A DNA stretch of 64,000 bases from Polyangiaceae bacterium (GTDB lineage Bacteria > Myxococcota_A > Polyangia > Polyangiales > Polyangiaceae), in NCBI GenBank assembly GCA_044376115.1, contig JBILLK010000026.1, positions 64,001 through 128,000 on the forward strand. Reading direction: 5' to 3'. Shown one piece after another: positions 26,161 to 36,073 of the stretch. Below the pieces are notes generated by a model that saw only the letters and a list, made by a program, of their open reading frames with translations, was not told the origin of the DNA and made no database searches. The translations under genes were made by a program, and so were the position numbers. Numbering within the stretch: the stretch's first letter is position 1; the number at the start of each line of letters is the position of its first letter.

Positions 26161-28578
26161 TCAGCGCGTTACAACCACCGTCGGTACGCGCTCATCAAAG
26201 CCGTCGCCGAGGCTCCCGAGCTGACGGTACCCGCGGCAGTGGCGCTCCGTGCCGTTGCGCAAGCCGCACACGGTGCCGTCATTGTTTTCGAGCTGGCTCC
26301 AGCCCGAGGTCAGTTCGATCGCCGGAGAGGCATTGAAGCCGTTATTCGCGCCGTTGTTGACGAAGCAGCCCACAGCCCCTTGGCTATTCAGCGCACAGTA
26401 CGGAAAGCCCGGCCCAACGATGCTCACCCAATCATTGGCCGTACCGGCTTGGAAGGCTGGCGCGATGCCTTGCAACGTACAATGCAATGTACCGTTGGTC
26501 TTTATGCCACATTCACCAAACCCCGTATTGTCCACGAGCGCCCAATCTTGACCGGTCACCTGGACCGGGCTCACACCAGCGTTGACGCCCCAATAATAGA
26601 AGGAACCATCAGTGCGGCGCGCGCCTACCCGATAGTTCCCCATCTCCACCGTATCCCAGCCGCTCAAGGCGACCTTCGTCGGCAGCAGCGCCGGCTGATT
26701 GGTACCGATGCCAAGTTGGCCATATTCGTTGAAGCCCCAACAGTAGAGGTCGCCGTTGGTAGCAACCGCGCAGGTCGCAAGGACGCCCGCCGAGACATGG
26801 CTCCAGCCGGTCACGCCCGGCACCGCCACCACTTGCACCGGCACCGGCGAAGAATCGGTATTGCCGGTACCAAGCTGCCCAAAGCCGTTCCTGCCCCAAC
26901 AGTACAGCTGCTCCGCACGAATGCCGCAGGCGTGAGCATCATATTGGGCGGAGATGGTGACGTCGGTCCAATCACTATCGGCGGTCACCGGCGTAGGCGT
27001 CGCCCGCGGCAAGCCGTCTGGATCGCCGTTGGGTAACGTGCGGCCCCAACACAAGAGCGAGCCGCCCGCGAGACCGCAACCCCCGTACGGCGTGGTCGCA
27101 AGGCGATCGAATTGGTCGTCAATCAGGATCATGGACCCTTGATTGGGCAGTACGCCGCGACCGAGAAGACCGTAGTCATTGCGCCCCCAACAAAGTACCT
27201 CCCCGAGCTCCGATTCGGCACAGCGCGTATCGGCGATTCCACCGATACGGAGTAGACCGACCTCGGTATCCACCTGCACCGGCGCATTCACGTCGGCCAT
27301 TGGCGCCGTGAGGGAGCCGAGCGGGCCTTCGTCGTTTGATCCCCAGCAAAAGCCGCGGCCATCGCTCTTCACGGCGCAGGAGCCGTACTCGTTCGTGGAG
27401 ACCGCGACCCAATCGCTATCGGTGCCGACGCGCGTCGGCTCCACTACATCGTCGAAGTTACCGAGCCCCAGCTGCCCGTCGTAGTTCTCGCCCCAGCAGT
27501 AGAGTTCGCCGTTCGCTTTGAGCGCACACGTATGCGATTCTCCGGCCGCAACGTCAACCCAGGGCCCGACGTCATCGCTAAGCGTTGGAACGCTAAGCAC
27601 CGCATTGGCCACACTCTGAAAGCCCCAACAAAGCAATCGCCCATCCGCTCGCACGGCGCAGGCATGCGCGCCCCCGATCGCGACCTCTAAATAGCTATCG
27701 TTGCCGACAGCGATAGGCGTTGCAACATAGTGCGGCTGGTCATTGCCATCGCCGAGCAGGCCCAGGTTGCCCCAACCAACGCAGTACAGCGTGCCCGCAG
27801 CATCGAGCCCACAGCTCGCGTTGTAGCCCGAGTCTATCGACACCAAGGTATCGGAGTAGAGCTGCGGCTCAAGCGCCGGCTGGGCCGACTGCTCGTCCCC
27901 AAGCGCATAGTAGTAGCCCCAACAATAGAGTGAGCCGCTGCGTCGCCCACAGAAGTTGTCGTACCCAGCGAATAGCTCCTCCCAATCCGAGTCCGTACCA
28001 ATTTGGAACGGCGTCGCGGTCTCGCCCACATCCGCGGAGCCATCGCCGAGCAGACCGTTGCCATCGCTGCCCCAGCAATAGAGCGCGCCATCTCCGGAGA
28101 TGGCACAGGCTGCATCGTAGTTTGTAACCACGCTGCGTAAACCGAAGCCTAAGGTCCAATCAAAGGCCTTGGGCTCGGCCTCCACGTTGCCGGTGGCATC
28201 GGTGGCGCGCACCGAGAGCGAATGGCTACCGAGCGCCAAAGGATCATAGGCGAAGGTAGCCTCGCAGGAGGAGAAGGCCGCCCCGTCGAGGCTACATTCG
28301 AACGTGCAGGCGGCCTCATCGCAGGCGAGCTCAAACGCGCTCGGAACGGCGTTGCTCTGACCGGGTAATGGCGTTTTCACGAAGCTCGTCGTCGGAGCCG
28401 TATCGGCGCCACCGCTGCCGCCACCGCCTTGCATGCCAGCCCCTGCCCCACCGTCGGCTCCGGTCCCACCTTCTCCGCCATTGCCGGAGCCGGCGCTCGC
28501 GCCCGAGCCGCTGTCATCCCCGCAGGCCGCCAACAAAGCGCCTATTCCAAGCATCCACGCGTAGATCGAAGTTCGCAT
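26161..28578 (-). CDS. RCC1-repeat lipoprotein with Ig-like domain
   Basis: LAAC-GDD lipobox, Gly linker, FECSLDG..GSHSLSVRATDATGN Ig-like domain, many HTCA..G.LYCWG.N..GQLG repeats. Confidence 0.92.
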   Translation of the reverse strand: MRTSIYAWMLGIGALLAACGDDSGSGASAGSGNGGEGGTGADGGAGAGMQGGGGSGGADTAPTTSFVKTPLPGQSNAVPSAFELACDEAACTFECSLDGAAFSSCEATFAYDPLALGSHSLSVRATDATGNVEAEPKAFDWTLGFGLRSVVTNYDAACAISGDGALYCWGSDGNGLLGDGSADVGETATPFQIGTDSDWEELFAGYDNFCGRRSGSLYCWGYYYALGDEQSAQPALEPQLYSDTLVSIDSGYNASCGLDAAGTLYCVGWGNLGLLGDGNDQPHYVATPIAVGNDSYLEVAIGGAHACAVRADGRLLCWGFQSVANAVLSVPTLSDDVGPWVDVAAGESHTCALKANGELYCWGENYDGQLGLGNFDDVVEPTRVGTDSDWVAVSTNEYGSCAVKSDGRGFCWGSNDEGPLGSLTAPMADVNAPVQVDTEVGLLRIGGIADTRCAESELGEVLCWGRNDYGLLGRGVLPNQGSMILIDDQFDRLATTPYGGCGLAGGSLLCWGRTLPNGDPDGLPRATPTPVTADSDWTDVTISAQYDAHACGIRAEQLYCWGRNGFGQLGTGNTDSSPVPVQVVAVPGVTGWSHVSAGVLATCAVATNGDLYCWGFNEYGQLGIGTNQPALLPTKVALSGWDTVEMGNYRVGARRTDGSFYYWGVNAGVSPVQVTGQDWALVDNTGFGECGIKTNGTLHCTLQGIAPAFQAGTANDWVSIVGPGFPYCALNSQGAVGCFVNNGANNGFNASPAIELTSGWSQLENNDGTVCGLRNGTERHCRGYRQLGSLGDGFDERVPTVVVTR

Positions 28579-28644
28579 AACCGGGCTGTGTCGGCCGGGG
28601 CCAAATCGATCTCCTTTGTTGTGCGCCGGTGCGAAACTGGGCCG

Positions 28645-29964
28645 ATGAAGAGGTGCGTCGGCGGACTCCTGTGGCTTCTCGGGTGCGGCGCCTTTGCCGC
28701 TTGCGCGGCAAGCCCAGGCAACAAGCGAGCCGACGCGGCTGCGAACGGGCCGGGAGCAACCGCGCTGGCCACGACTCCGGCGGGGGCGAGCACGCAACCC
28801 ACCGCCACGGCGGAACAGCCCCTTGCGAGCAACGAGCCGGTCTTGCGCTGGCCTGCACCCCAATTCTTACCGCTCAATGCCAAACAAGTTCCAAGTGGGC
28901 TGCGCGCGATACGCCGGTATCCGTTTCGACTGGTGGAGCGCGAATTCTTCGATGTCGTATGCGGCGACATCGATCCCGAGCGTTTCGCGCTAGAAGCCAT
29001 CCCCGAAGAGCGGGTCCGTGAGCTGGCCCGCGCGCTCTATCTCCCGGAGGCGACACGCGAGGTGCTGCTGTGCCGCAAGGCGCTACGCGAGCGGCTCGAT
29101 GCGGCGGACCCCAGCGCCATAACGGTAACGTTTGAGATCGCAGGCTCGAGCCACGAGACGGTTACCTTCTTACAGCTCCCAGAGTTCGAGTTGCCCGCAA
29201 CCGCCCGCTTCGTTCACGACGCTACCAAGATGAGCGGCCTTAGCGAGGCGCGCTGCCAGTACTTCGAGCTATTCCCCAACAAGCCGTGCACCGAGCTCTC
29301 AGATACGATTGGGCGCTGGCCAGCCGAAGCAGCGCAGGGACAAACGTGGTGGGCCTTTGGTCGGATTGTCGGTTTAAACGAGCTGCTCGCGGCTCAAAAA
29401 GGCACGCAGCCGCACCCGCGTCTCGCGGACCTCAATGCGCTATTGCCGTGTGCGGGCGAGCTCGAGGTCAGTCGCCTCGAATTGCGATTAGCGTCCTCCA
29501 CCCTCGACGACACCGATCAGCTGGTTGCCCGCAGTGGACCGTTGACCCGGCACTGCCAGCGTTACGCTGATACAGCGATAGCACTCGAGGCGCTCGAAAG
29601 AGCGCAGCAGCCCGCAGAGGCTCGGCCCGCGAGCGCGCGCAAAGAAAGCTGTGACACCTGCGCCCCGCTGATGCGAGCCGTGGTGATTGCGGAACGCGAA
29701 GCACGTAACAAGAAGCGTCCGCACGAAACAACATTGCGTGTGGACGGTCGCTTCTTCATTCGCGAGTCGAAGGCGGTTGCGGACCCCGACTATCAGAAGG
29801 CCGACGAAGCGCTCGAGACCGCACGCAACAAGCGCGCTAACTTACTTGCGCCCATCCTCGAACGTTGGCGCGCCGGCCAAGCGCCCAAGCCAGAGGACTT
29901 CAAACCGATCAACGGCGCCGCATACGTCAAACAACTAAAAGAGAAGCTACGCGAGTTGGACTAG
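28645..29964 (+). CDS. hypothetical lipoprotein
   Basis: FAAC lipobox, Ala/Thr/Pro linker, no recognised domain. Confidence 0.7.
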   Translation: MKRCVGGLLWLLGCGAFAACAASPGNKRADAAANGPGATALATTPAGASTQPTATAEQPLASNEPVLRWPAPQFLPLNAKQVPSGLRAIRRYPFRLVEREFFDVVCGDIDPERFALEAIPEERVRELARALYLPEATREVLLCRKALRERLDAADPSAITVTFEIAGSSHETVTFLQLPEFELPATARFVHDATKMSGLSEARCQYFELFPNKPCTELSDTIGRWPAEAAQGQTWWAFGRIVGLNELLAAQKGTQPHPRLADLNALLPCAGELEVSRLELRLASSTLDDTDQLVARSGPLTRHCQRYADTAIALEALERAQQPAEARPASARKESCDTCAPLMRAVVIAEREARNKKRPHETTLRVDGRFFIRESKAVADPDYQKADEALETARNKRANLLAPILERWRAGQAPKPEDFKPINGAAYVKQLKEKLRELD

Positions 29965-29981
29965 GTTCGCCCCCTCGGTGT

Positions 29982-30064
29982 GCTCGCTCCACTTCGTTGC
30001 GCTGCGCCACTACTCCCCCAAATCCGGCTTGCTCCACTGCGTTTCGCAGCGCGGATGGGGGAGT
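29982..30064. repeat. REP-like imperfect direct repeats with enclosing hairpin
   Basis: 26-nt copies at 29982-30007 and 30027-30052 (22/26 identical); stem ACTCCCCC(aa)ATCCG / CGGATGGGGGAGT encloses the second. Confidence 0.6.
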
Positions 30065-30227
30065 CAGCTTACGGGAGGCAGACGGAAGTGTGGAGGCGGT
30101 TATCACACTGACTGGGCTCGCTTGGAGACAGTGGCTACGGGGTAGTACGGGAGCGGCTTGTGGTTGCTAGGAGGTATTGGCTGCGGGCGCGCAGGCGGCG
30201 CAGGCCTTGGGGGATCGGCCACCGAAG

Positions 30228-30294
30228 TGGACGTTTTGTTGAGTACGGAGACCGATCGGGCGGGGATGGGCGCGTGAATTCAACAAAACGTCCA
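30228..30294. repeat. perfect 15-bp inverted repeat with 37-nt spacer
   Basis: TGGACGTTTTGTTGA ... TCAACAAAACGTCCA between convergent genes. Confidence 0.85.
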
Positions 30295-30387
30295 GTTGGA
30301 GGTCCCATCCTCGCGTTGGGAGCGCGCGCTACGCGTTGAGCGCCAGCGGGGGCGCGGCTCATCAGGGAGCGGCGCGTAGTGGGGTAT

Positions 30388-31083
30388 CTATTGTGGGGCG
30401 CGGAGGCCGTCTCCGCTCGTCATCCAGCGGAGGGCCTGCTCCAAACGCGCAGGCGCGTCGCTTTCGATGGGCTCGCCGTGGGCGAGGATCACCGTGTTGA
30501 AGGGCCAGGCGAGCAGGGTGCGAGCGCTGCGCGCAGCGAGGCCGCGGTCTTTGACGAAGATGCGCCAGGCGCGGCTCTGGCCGAGCTTGCCGTGACAACC
30601 GACGAGCCAGAGCGTGACGTGGGCGACAAAGCCTTTAGGCGCGGTGATGTGAAAGAGCAGGTCGGTCACGACGACGGTGCGCGAAGGCTCGTGAAAAAAT
30701 GCGAACTCGTCCACCGAGGGTGCGCCCTCGATCTTTGCGACGCGCACGGTGCTCGTGAGTTCCGGCGGTAGCGCGTCCTCGAGGTCGGCGTCGATGCGTA
30801 GGTCGGGCCGCTTGGCGCGGAGAGCACGCGGCGCAAGCACGCGGGCGGCGGGCCAGCGCTCGGCGGCCTCAGCGAGGTAGAGATGGTGCAGTAGGTTGGG
30901 CGCGATCAGGAAGCGGACGGGGCCTTGCTCCTCGACCTGCGCCGCAAGCTCGCTATTCAGGCGGATGGGGGAGACCAGCGCGAGCCCTCCGTCCGCGAGT
31001 GGCAGCGCCGTCATGCGCGTGGGCATGTGGAAGCTGCCGGGGAGCACCTGCGCCATCGGGAACGTCTTGATGCGGTTCGGCAT
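30388..31083 (-). CDS. DUF4336-family protein (metallo-beta-lactamase-like fold)
   Basis: TRMT...L.DGGL.L.SP, GPVRFLIAPNLLHHLY, E.AFFHEPSRT..VTDL, ILAHG. Confidence 0.88.
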   Translation of the reverse strand: MPNRIKTFPMAQVLPGSFHMPTRMTALPLADGGLALVSPIRLNSELAAQVEEQGPVRFLIAPNLLHHLYLAEAAERWPAARVLAPRALRAKRPDLRIDADLEDALPPELTSTVRVAKIEGAPSVDEFAFFHEPSRTVVVTDLLFHITAPKGFVAHVTLWLVGCHGKLGQSRAWRIFVKDRGLAARSARTLLAWPFNTVILAHGEPIESDAPARLEQALRWMTSGDGLRAPQ

Positions 31084-31092
31084 GGCTCGATA

Positions 31093-31130
31093 GTCAACCA
31101 CACTTGACCAATTTGTCAAGTAAGCTTGAC
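31093..31130. promoter_or_regulatory. two tandem palindromic operators, putative MarR sites
   Basis: GTCAA-N6-TTGAC at 31093-31108 and 31115-31130 in the 54-bp divergent intergenic region. Confidence 0.75.
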
Positions 31131-31137
31131 CATCCCA

Positions 31138-31611
31138 ATGGACCGCGATGAAGCCCGCTACCGAACTCGGCTCGAAGACGCGAAGCGCGCGAGCACGATC
31201 CAGCTGCTCTTCCGCACGGCGCGGATGCTCGATGAGGAGGCGCTGCGGCGCGTCGCTTCGAAGCCAGGCCGGCCCAAGCTCCGGCGTTCGCACACCAGCC
31301 TCTTTCCGCATATCGATCTGGAGGGCACACGGGTGAGCGAGCTAGCGGAGCGGCTGGGCGTTACAAAGCAAGCGGTCTCGCAGCTGGTGGACGACCTCGA
31401 GCAGCAGGGCGTGCTCGAACGGGTGGTCGATCCGGAGGACGCGCGCGCGCGCCGCGTGCGCTTCACGGCGCGCGGTCGCGCAGGGCTGCTGGACGGCCTC
31501 GCGATCTTGAAGGAGCTCGAGGCCGAGTGCGCGAAGGTGATCGGCGCGTCTCAGATGGAGGACCTGCACCGCGCGCTGACTGCGCTCGATGCGCACCTAA
31601 GGACGAAGTAG
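31138..31611 (+). CDS. MarR-family transcriptional regulator
   Basis: SELAERLGVTKQAVSQLVDDLE..G.LER..DPEDARARRV.FT.RG. Confidence 0.93.
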   Translation: MDRDEARYRTRLEDAKRASTIQLLFRTARMLDEEALRRVASKPGRPKLRRSHTSLFPHIDLEGTRVSELAERLGVTKQAVSQLVDDLEQQGVLERVVDPEDARARRVRFTARGRAGLLDGLAILKELEAECAKVIGASQMEDLHRALTALDAHLRTK

Positions 31612-31624
31612 ACGGCGGCCGCCA

Positions 31625-32212
31625 TTAAGGCTTTGTGTTCAGCAGCTCGAGCGTGTCGATGATTTGGTAGATCTCGGCGAAGGTGCGGGGGAGCTGCAAG
31701 CCGCAGTTCACCTCGAGCACGCTGCCTTCGGTGTCCACCCAGAGGCGCACGCGCACCGAGCGCTTGTGCAAGGACTCCAGGGTAATGCGACCGTTCTGGC
31801 GCTCGGATGGGTACTTCTGATCGACCTCGATATCATCGTCGTCCTCCTGATTGAGCAGGCCCTTCATGCCGAACTCGGCGGCGTCGCGCAGCGCAGCTTG
31901 GCGTTTGAAGTTCGGATCTTTCGCGGAGGTGTTGGGGTAAAGCACGAGCTGAATCGAGCCGCTGCTGCCTTGCGCGCTGCCCTTCTCGAGATCCACCTTC
32001 CAATCTTGCGGCAGGCGAAGGCGCGCCTTTTGCGCCGTGAAGTCCACGCTGGTGGAGGCGGTGCGCAAGCCCTCGTTGGGACGCGGCGCAGCCGTCGCAG
32101 AGGCCTCGCGCGGACCACCCGATCCGACCGAAACGGCCTCCGGAACCTGCGCCTCACTCGGCCCACCACAGTGAACGAGCCCCAAACAGACCACCGCTAA
32201 CGCTGAACGCAT
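31625..32212 (-). CDS. hypothetical lipoprotein
   Basis: LGLVHC-GG lipobox-like start, linker, beta-rich domain. Confidence 0.6.
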   Translation of the reverse strand: MRSALAVVCLGLVHCGGPSEAQVPEAVSVGSGGPREASATAAPRPNEGLRTASTSVDFTAQKARLRLPQDWKVDLEKGSAQGSSGSIQLVLYPNTSAKDPNFKRQAALRDAAEFGMKGLLNQEDDDDIEVDQKYPSERQNGRITLESLHKRSVRVRLWVDTEGSVLEVNCGLQLPRTFAEIYQIIDTLELLNTKP

Positions 32213-32287
32213 TCGGCACAGATAGAGCATTAGCTGGCGCTATTGAAGGGACATGCGCCTTCGTGGTCCCCGCTCGGAACCAAGCGC

Positions 32288-33481
32288 TCAGGGCAACGGG
32301 CAGCTGGCGCTCGCATCCACGTAGCCAAACTCGAAGAAGTTGATCGGGTGGCTACCGAGGAAGCTGCTCGCGTCTTGCCAATTGAGGCCGTCGTTCGACA
32401 CCACGAAGCGTTGGTCTTCGTAGTAGTTGTCCCACGATTGGTGGACGGCGGCGAAGGTGCCGTCGGGCGCGCGGGTAACCGGGCCGAGCGAGAGGTTTTG
32501 TGGGCTGCCCGCCTCGCTCGTCCAGTCGATGCCGTTCGCGCTTCGGAAGCGAGTCGAGCCGGCCCATACGTAGAATTCAGTGCCGGTCCAAACGCCGCCG
32601 GAGCTCAGGTAGTCGTTTACTGGATTGAGCTGCCAGCTGTCGCCGCCGTCGGTCGAGGTGCATACGTGGCCGGAGCCGCTGAAGATCGCGATGGTGCCGT
32701 TACCGTATTGAAGGTTCGACACGTATTGACCACATTGAGCCGGGCGATTGCTCGCGTGCGTCCAGGTCACTCCGTCGGGCGAGATGACAATATCGCGTGT
32801 CTCGCCGCTCTCGCCGGTGACGATGAATACGCCGTTTCCGTGCGGGACGAATTGGATGGCCCTTGTATTGATATTTAAATCCAAGTTGCCGCCTTCGGTC
32901 CAGTTGAGGCCGTCGGTGGATAGGCGGGTGGGCGAATTGTTGGTTACGAAGGTGCCATTGCCGAAGGCGACATCGGCATAGGTCGGGGTATCTGTGGCGA
33001 CGATCTCCCAGGTGACGCCATCGGTGGAGCGGCGCAAGGTTCCGGGGGCGCCCCAACCGAAGGTCGCCACCCATACGCCGTTACCGTAAGCGAGCCCGCG
33101 CCCGGCGAAGGCGTTGTGATCGCAGTCCGTGTTGTCACCGGACCAACAACGGAAGTTGTCGTCTTCGGATTGATTGGCGACGTAGCTCACACCGCCGTCG
33201 CAGCTGATGGTGGTGCGCCCCATGTGGCCCTGCGCGATGAAGGCTGGGACCAAGCCCTCGGGCGGTGCTCCGCCTTCGGTGCCACCCCCGAGCGAGCTGC
33301 CACCGCTGCTGGGCGAACCGCCGTCACTGCTGCTCCCAGCGCTACCAGCGCCGCTTCCACCGGTCGCCGATTCTCCGCCGCTTTCAGCGCTACCAGCGGT
33401 CCCCGAACCGGAAGCAGCGTCACCACAAGCGACCAACACGGCCAGACCAGAAAGCGCGAACCTTGCACGAAGCGAGCTCAT
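32288..33481 (-). CDS. lipoprotein with BNR/Asp-box beta-propeller
   Basis: LVAC-GD lipobox, Gly/Ser linker, repeated S.DG..W and AYGNG.FV. Confidence 0.85.
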   Translation of the reverse strand: MSSLRARFALSGLAVLVACGDAASGSGTAGSAESGGESATGGSGAGSAGSSSDGGSPSSGGSSLGGGTEGGAPPEGLVPAFIAQGHMGRTTISCDGGVSYVANQSEDDNFRCWSGDNTDCDHNAFAGRGLAYGNGVWVATFGWGAPGTLRRSTDGVTWEIVATDTPTYADVAFGNGTFVTNNSPTRLSTDGLNWTEGGNLDLNINTRAIQFVPHGNGVFIVTGESGETRDIVISPDGVTWTHASNRPAQCGQYVSNLQYGNGTIAIFSGSGHVCTSTDGGDSWQLNPVNDYLSSGGVWTGTEFYVWAGSTRFRSANGIDWTSEAGSPQNLSLGPVTRAPDGTFAAVHQSWDNYYEDQRFVVSNDGLNWQDASSFLGSHPINFFEFGYVDASASCPLP

Positions 33482-33688
33482 GGCCGCAGCACAGCAAATC
33501 CCAGGCCCAACGTTGCGAACTCCGAAGGCTCGCGATGAAGCCGAAACGCTGCGTGCGCGTCGCTGCAACTGCGACAAGCGTGGGGCAGCGGCCGAGCGAG
33601 TGGGACAACGTTGGGGCAGCGCGGACGGCGCCTCGGGATAGTTCGAGGCTGTACCGCTCGAGCTCACGGCGATCTGGGGCAGCTCGCC

Positions 33689-35635
33689 CTAGCTCGGTTC
33701 GCGGGCGAGCTTCGGCCGAATCACCGAGGACAAGGTGCGGCTTAGCTCATTGCGATGAAAGGGCTTGGCGAGGAAGGCGTCGGCTCGACCGGGGGAGGCC
33801 ACGCCCAGACTCGGGCGCTCGTTGCGGGGGAAGCCGCTCGCGACCACGATGGGCACCGAGGCATCGATCGCCCGCAGTTCACGCACCAGCTCCGAGCCGC
33901 TCATACGCGGCATCACCACGTCGCAGATCACGGCCACAAGCAGCTTGGAGAGCTCATGAAAGCGTTGCAACGCTTGGTCCCCATCGGAGGCCGCAACCAC
34001 CGTAAAGCCGAGGCTCTTGAGCAGCTGGGTGCCCGCGGCGAGCACCAGCGGCTCATCATCCACGAGCAGGATCAAGCCTGAATCCTGGACCAGCGGACGA
34101 GAGACCTCTTTGCTCGGTAGCGCTTCATTGCTGAGCGGTAACAGCAGGCGGAACACGGCGCCGAGCCCAGGCTGCGACTCCACCGTGACGGCGCCGTTGT
34201 GCTCGAGCATGGTGCCGTACACGGCGGCCAAGCCGAGGCCGGTGCCCTTACCAAGTTCTTTGGAGGTGTAGAACGGCTCGAAGATGCGGCTCTGCATCTC
34301 GATCGGGATGCCGGTGCCCGTATCGCGCACGCTTAGCTGAAGGAAAAGACCAGGCCGGAGCTCGAAAGGAAGGACGGCGCAGCTCGTCGCGTCGAGGTCC
34401 AAGACCTCGCTGCGAAAGTGCAGCTCGCCGCCATCCGGCATGGCGTCACGCGCGTTGATACCGAGGTTGAGCAAGACGTTCTGCAGCTGCGCCACGTCTC
34501 CCATCACCGTGGACGCGGCAGCATGCAGCTCGATCAGGATGCGCACCCGCCGATCGATGCTGCGCTCGAGCAGCGCCACGGTGTCGCGAATGACCGCGTG
34601 CATATCCACGGCCGCGTTCTGCGTGCGACCTTTGCGTGAGAAGGAGAGCAGCTTGTGGGTCAATTCGGCCGCGCGCTCCGAGGCCGAAATGATCATCGAA
34701 CAGAGTTCGCGCTCGACCGGGCTTTGTGCGTTCTCCAGCAGCTCTTCTCCGGCGGAGAGGATGGGCGTCAGCATGTTGTTGAAGTCGTGCGCGACGCCGC
34801 CTGCGAGCTGACCGATGGCCTCCATCTTTTGCGCCTGACGCACCACGCTCTCGAGCTCGCGCCGTTTGGTCACGTCCGCGCCCATGCCGGTGACGCGTAC
34901 GCACTGCCCCGAAGAGTCGCGAATCGGGAAGGTGCGTTCGTGAATCCAGCGAACGCGGCCTGCATCGCTAACGCGATATTCAAGCTCCGCAGCCACCTTG
35001 CGGACCTCATCCTGAAAGTGGCCTCGAACGCGGTCAGCGTCCTCCCTATGAACGGCGCCCAGACGTGCGTCTGCCGATTGATTGGCGATGAAGGGTACGC
35101 CGTAGACGGTGCGCCAGGCTGGGCTCGCGTAAACGATGCGATCGCTCGCGACGTCGTAAAGCCAGAAGGCCTCCTCGAGACTGGCCGCGAGCTGCTGAAA
35201 GCGCGCTTCACTTTCTTTCAACGCGGCCTCGGCGCGCAACCGCGAGCGTTCACTGTTGGCGGCGCGTAGCGCGCGCTCTACCAAGACGGGCATATCGCGG
35301 TAGAGGTCGGGCGACTTTACGACGTAGTCGAGCGCGCCGCCCTTCATCGCCGCAACAGCGCGCGCTTCATCGCCTTGGCTGGTCAAGATCACGAGCGGCA
35401 TGCCCGGCCCGAGCAGCTCGAGGGCAGAGCCATCCGGCAAGCGCAAGTCCGCCAAGATCAGATCGGCAGCCTGTTGACCAAGCCATGCGCGAGCCGCCTC
35501 GAGCGAGCCAACAGTGTGAACGTCTGCAACCACGTCTGGTTCGAGCGCGCGCGAGGCCAGCTCGGCGTGAGCGGCGTCATCCTCGATCAGCAAAATGGTG
35601 GGGCGTTCGAACTCAGTGGACTTGGGAGGAGCCAT
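33689..35635 (-). CDS. hybrid sensor kinase REC-PAS-HisKA-HATPase-REC
   Basis: LLIEDD..DLRLPDG; QKMEAIGQLAGGVAHDFNN; NARDAM, DTGTGI, GTGLGL; LLVDDE..DVVMP..KPF. Confidence 0.96.
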   Translation of the reverse strand: MAPPKSTEFERPTILLIEDDAAHAELASRALEPDVVADVHTVGSLEAARAWLGQQAADLILADLRLPDGSALELLGPGMPLVILTSQGDEARAVAAMKGGALDYVVKSPDLYRDMPVLVERALRAANSERSRLRAEAALKESEARFQQLAASLEEAFWLYDVASDRIVYASPAWRTVYGVPFIANQSADARLGAVHREDADRVRGHFQDEVRKVAAELEYRVSDAGRVRWIHERTFPIRDSSGQCVRVTGMGADVTKRRELESVVRQAQKMEAIGQLAGGVAHDFNNMLTPILSAGEELLENAQSPVERELCSMIISASERAAELTHKLLSFSRKGRTQNAAVDMHAVIRDTVALLERSIDRRVRILIELHAAASTVMGDVAQLQNVLLNLGINARDAMPDGGELHFRSEVLDLDATSCAVLPFELRPGLFLQLSVRDTGTGIPIEMQSRIFEPFYTSKELGKGTGLGLAAVYGTMLEHNGAVTVESQPGLGAVFRLLLPLSNEALPSKEVSRPLVQDSGLILLVDDEPLVLAAGTQLLKSLGFTVVAASDGDQALQRFHELSKLLVAVICDVVMPRMSGSELVRELRAIDASVPIVVASGFPRNERPSLGVASPGRADAFLAKPFHRNELSRTLSSVIRPKLAREPS

Positions 35636-36062
35636 CGCGAACGACCCGGGCATTGTGGGAAAGCCAATACGTTGAGACGTCCCGAAGCAGGTTGTCCAGG
35701 TCGGTGAACTCCTCCGGCTTTACCAAGTAGCTATTGGCGTGATGTGCGTATGCGCGCCGCAAATCACTCTCCTTGGCGCTGGTGCTGAGCACGACCACCG
35801 GAATGCTGCGAAGTTTGGCGTGCTCTTTCACCGTGCGCAGGATCTCGAAGCCATCCACCTTGGGCAGCCGCAGGTCGAGCAGCAGAACGTCGGGCTGCTC
35901 GACATCTCCGCGCTCACAACGTGCAAGGTAGGCAAGCGCCGCCTCTCCGTCGCTGAGGTGCAGAACGTCGTCACGCACACCGTGGGTGGCCAAACAGCGC
36001 AATACGAGCTCGGCGTGATCGTCGTTATCTTCGACGTAAAGAATGCGCGCGTTGTGCCCCAT
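35613..36062 (-). CDS. single-domain response regulator (Rcp1-like)
   Basis: YVEDN, LLDLRLPKVDG, IPVVVLSTS, ANSYLVKP, YW. Confidence 0.95.
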   Translation of the reverse strand: MGHNARILYVEDNDDHAELVLRCLATHGVRDDVLHLSDGEAALAYLARCERGDVEQPDVLLLDLRLPKVDGFEILRTVKEHAKLRSIPVVVLSTSAKESDLRRAYAHHANSYLVKPEEFTDLDNLLRDVSTYWLSHNARVVRDGSSQVH

Positions 36063-36073
36063 CTGCGAGGAGC

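Noticed and set aside
29965..30387. tRNA, retron msr/msd or the short ORFs in this gap
   Set aside because: No cloverleaf or T-loop motif, no RT gene, and the ORFs have non-protein-like composition
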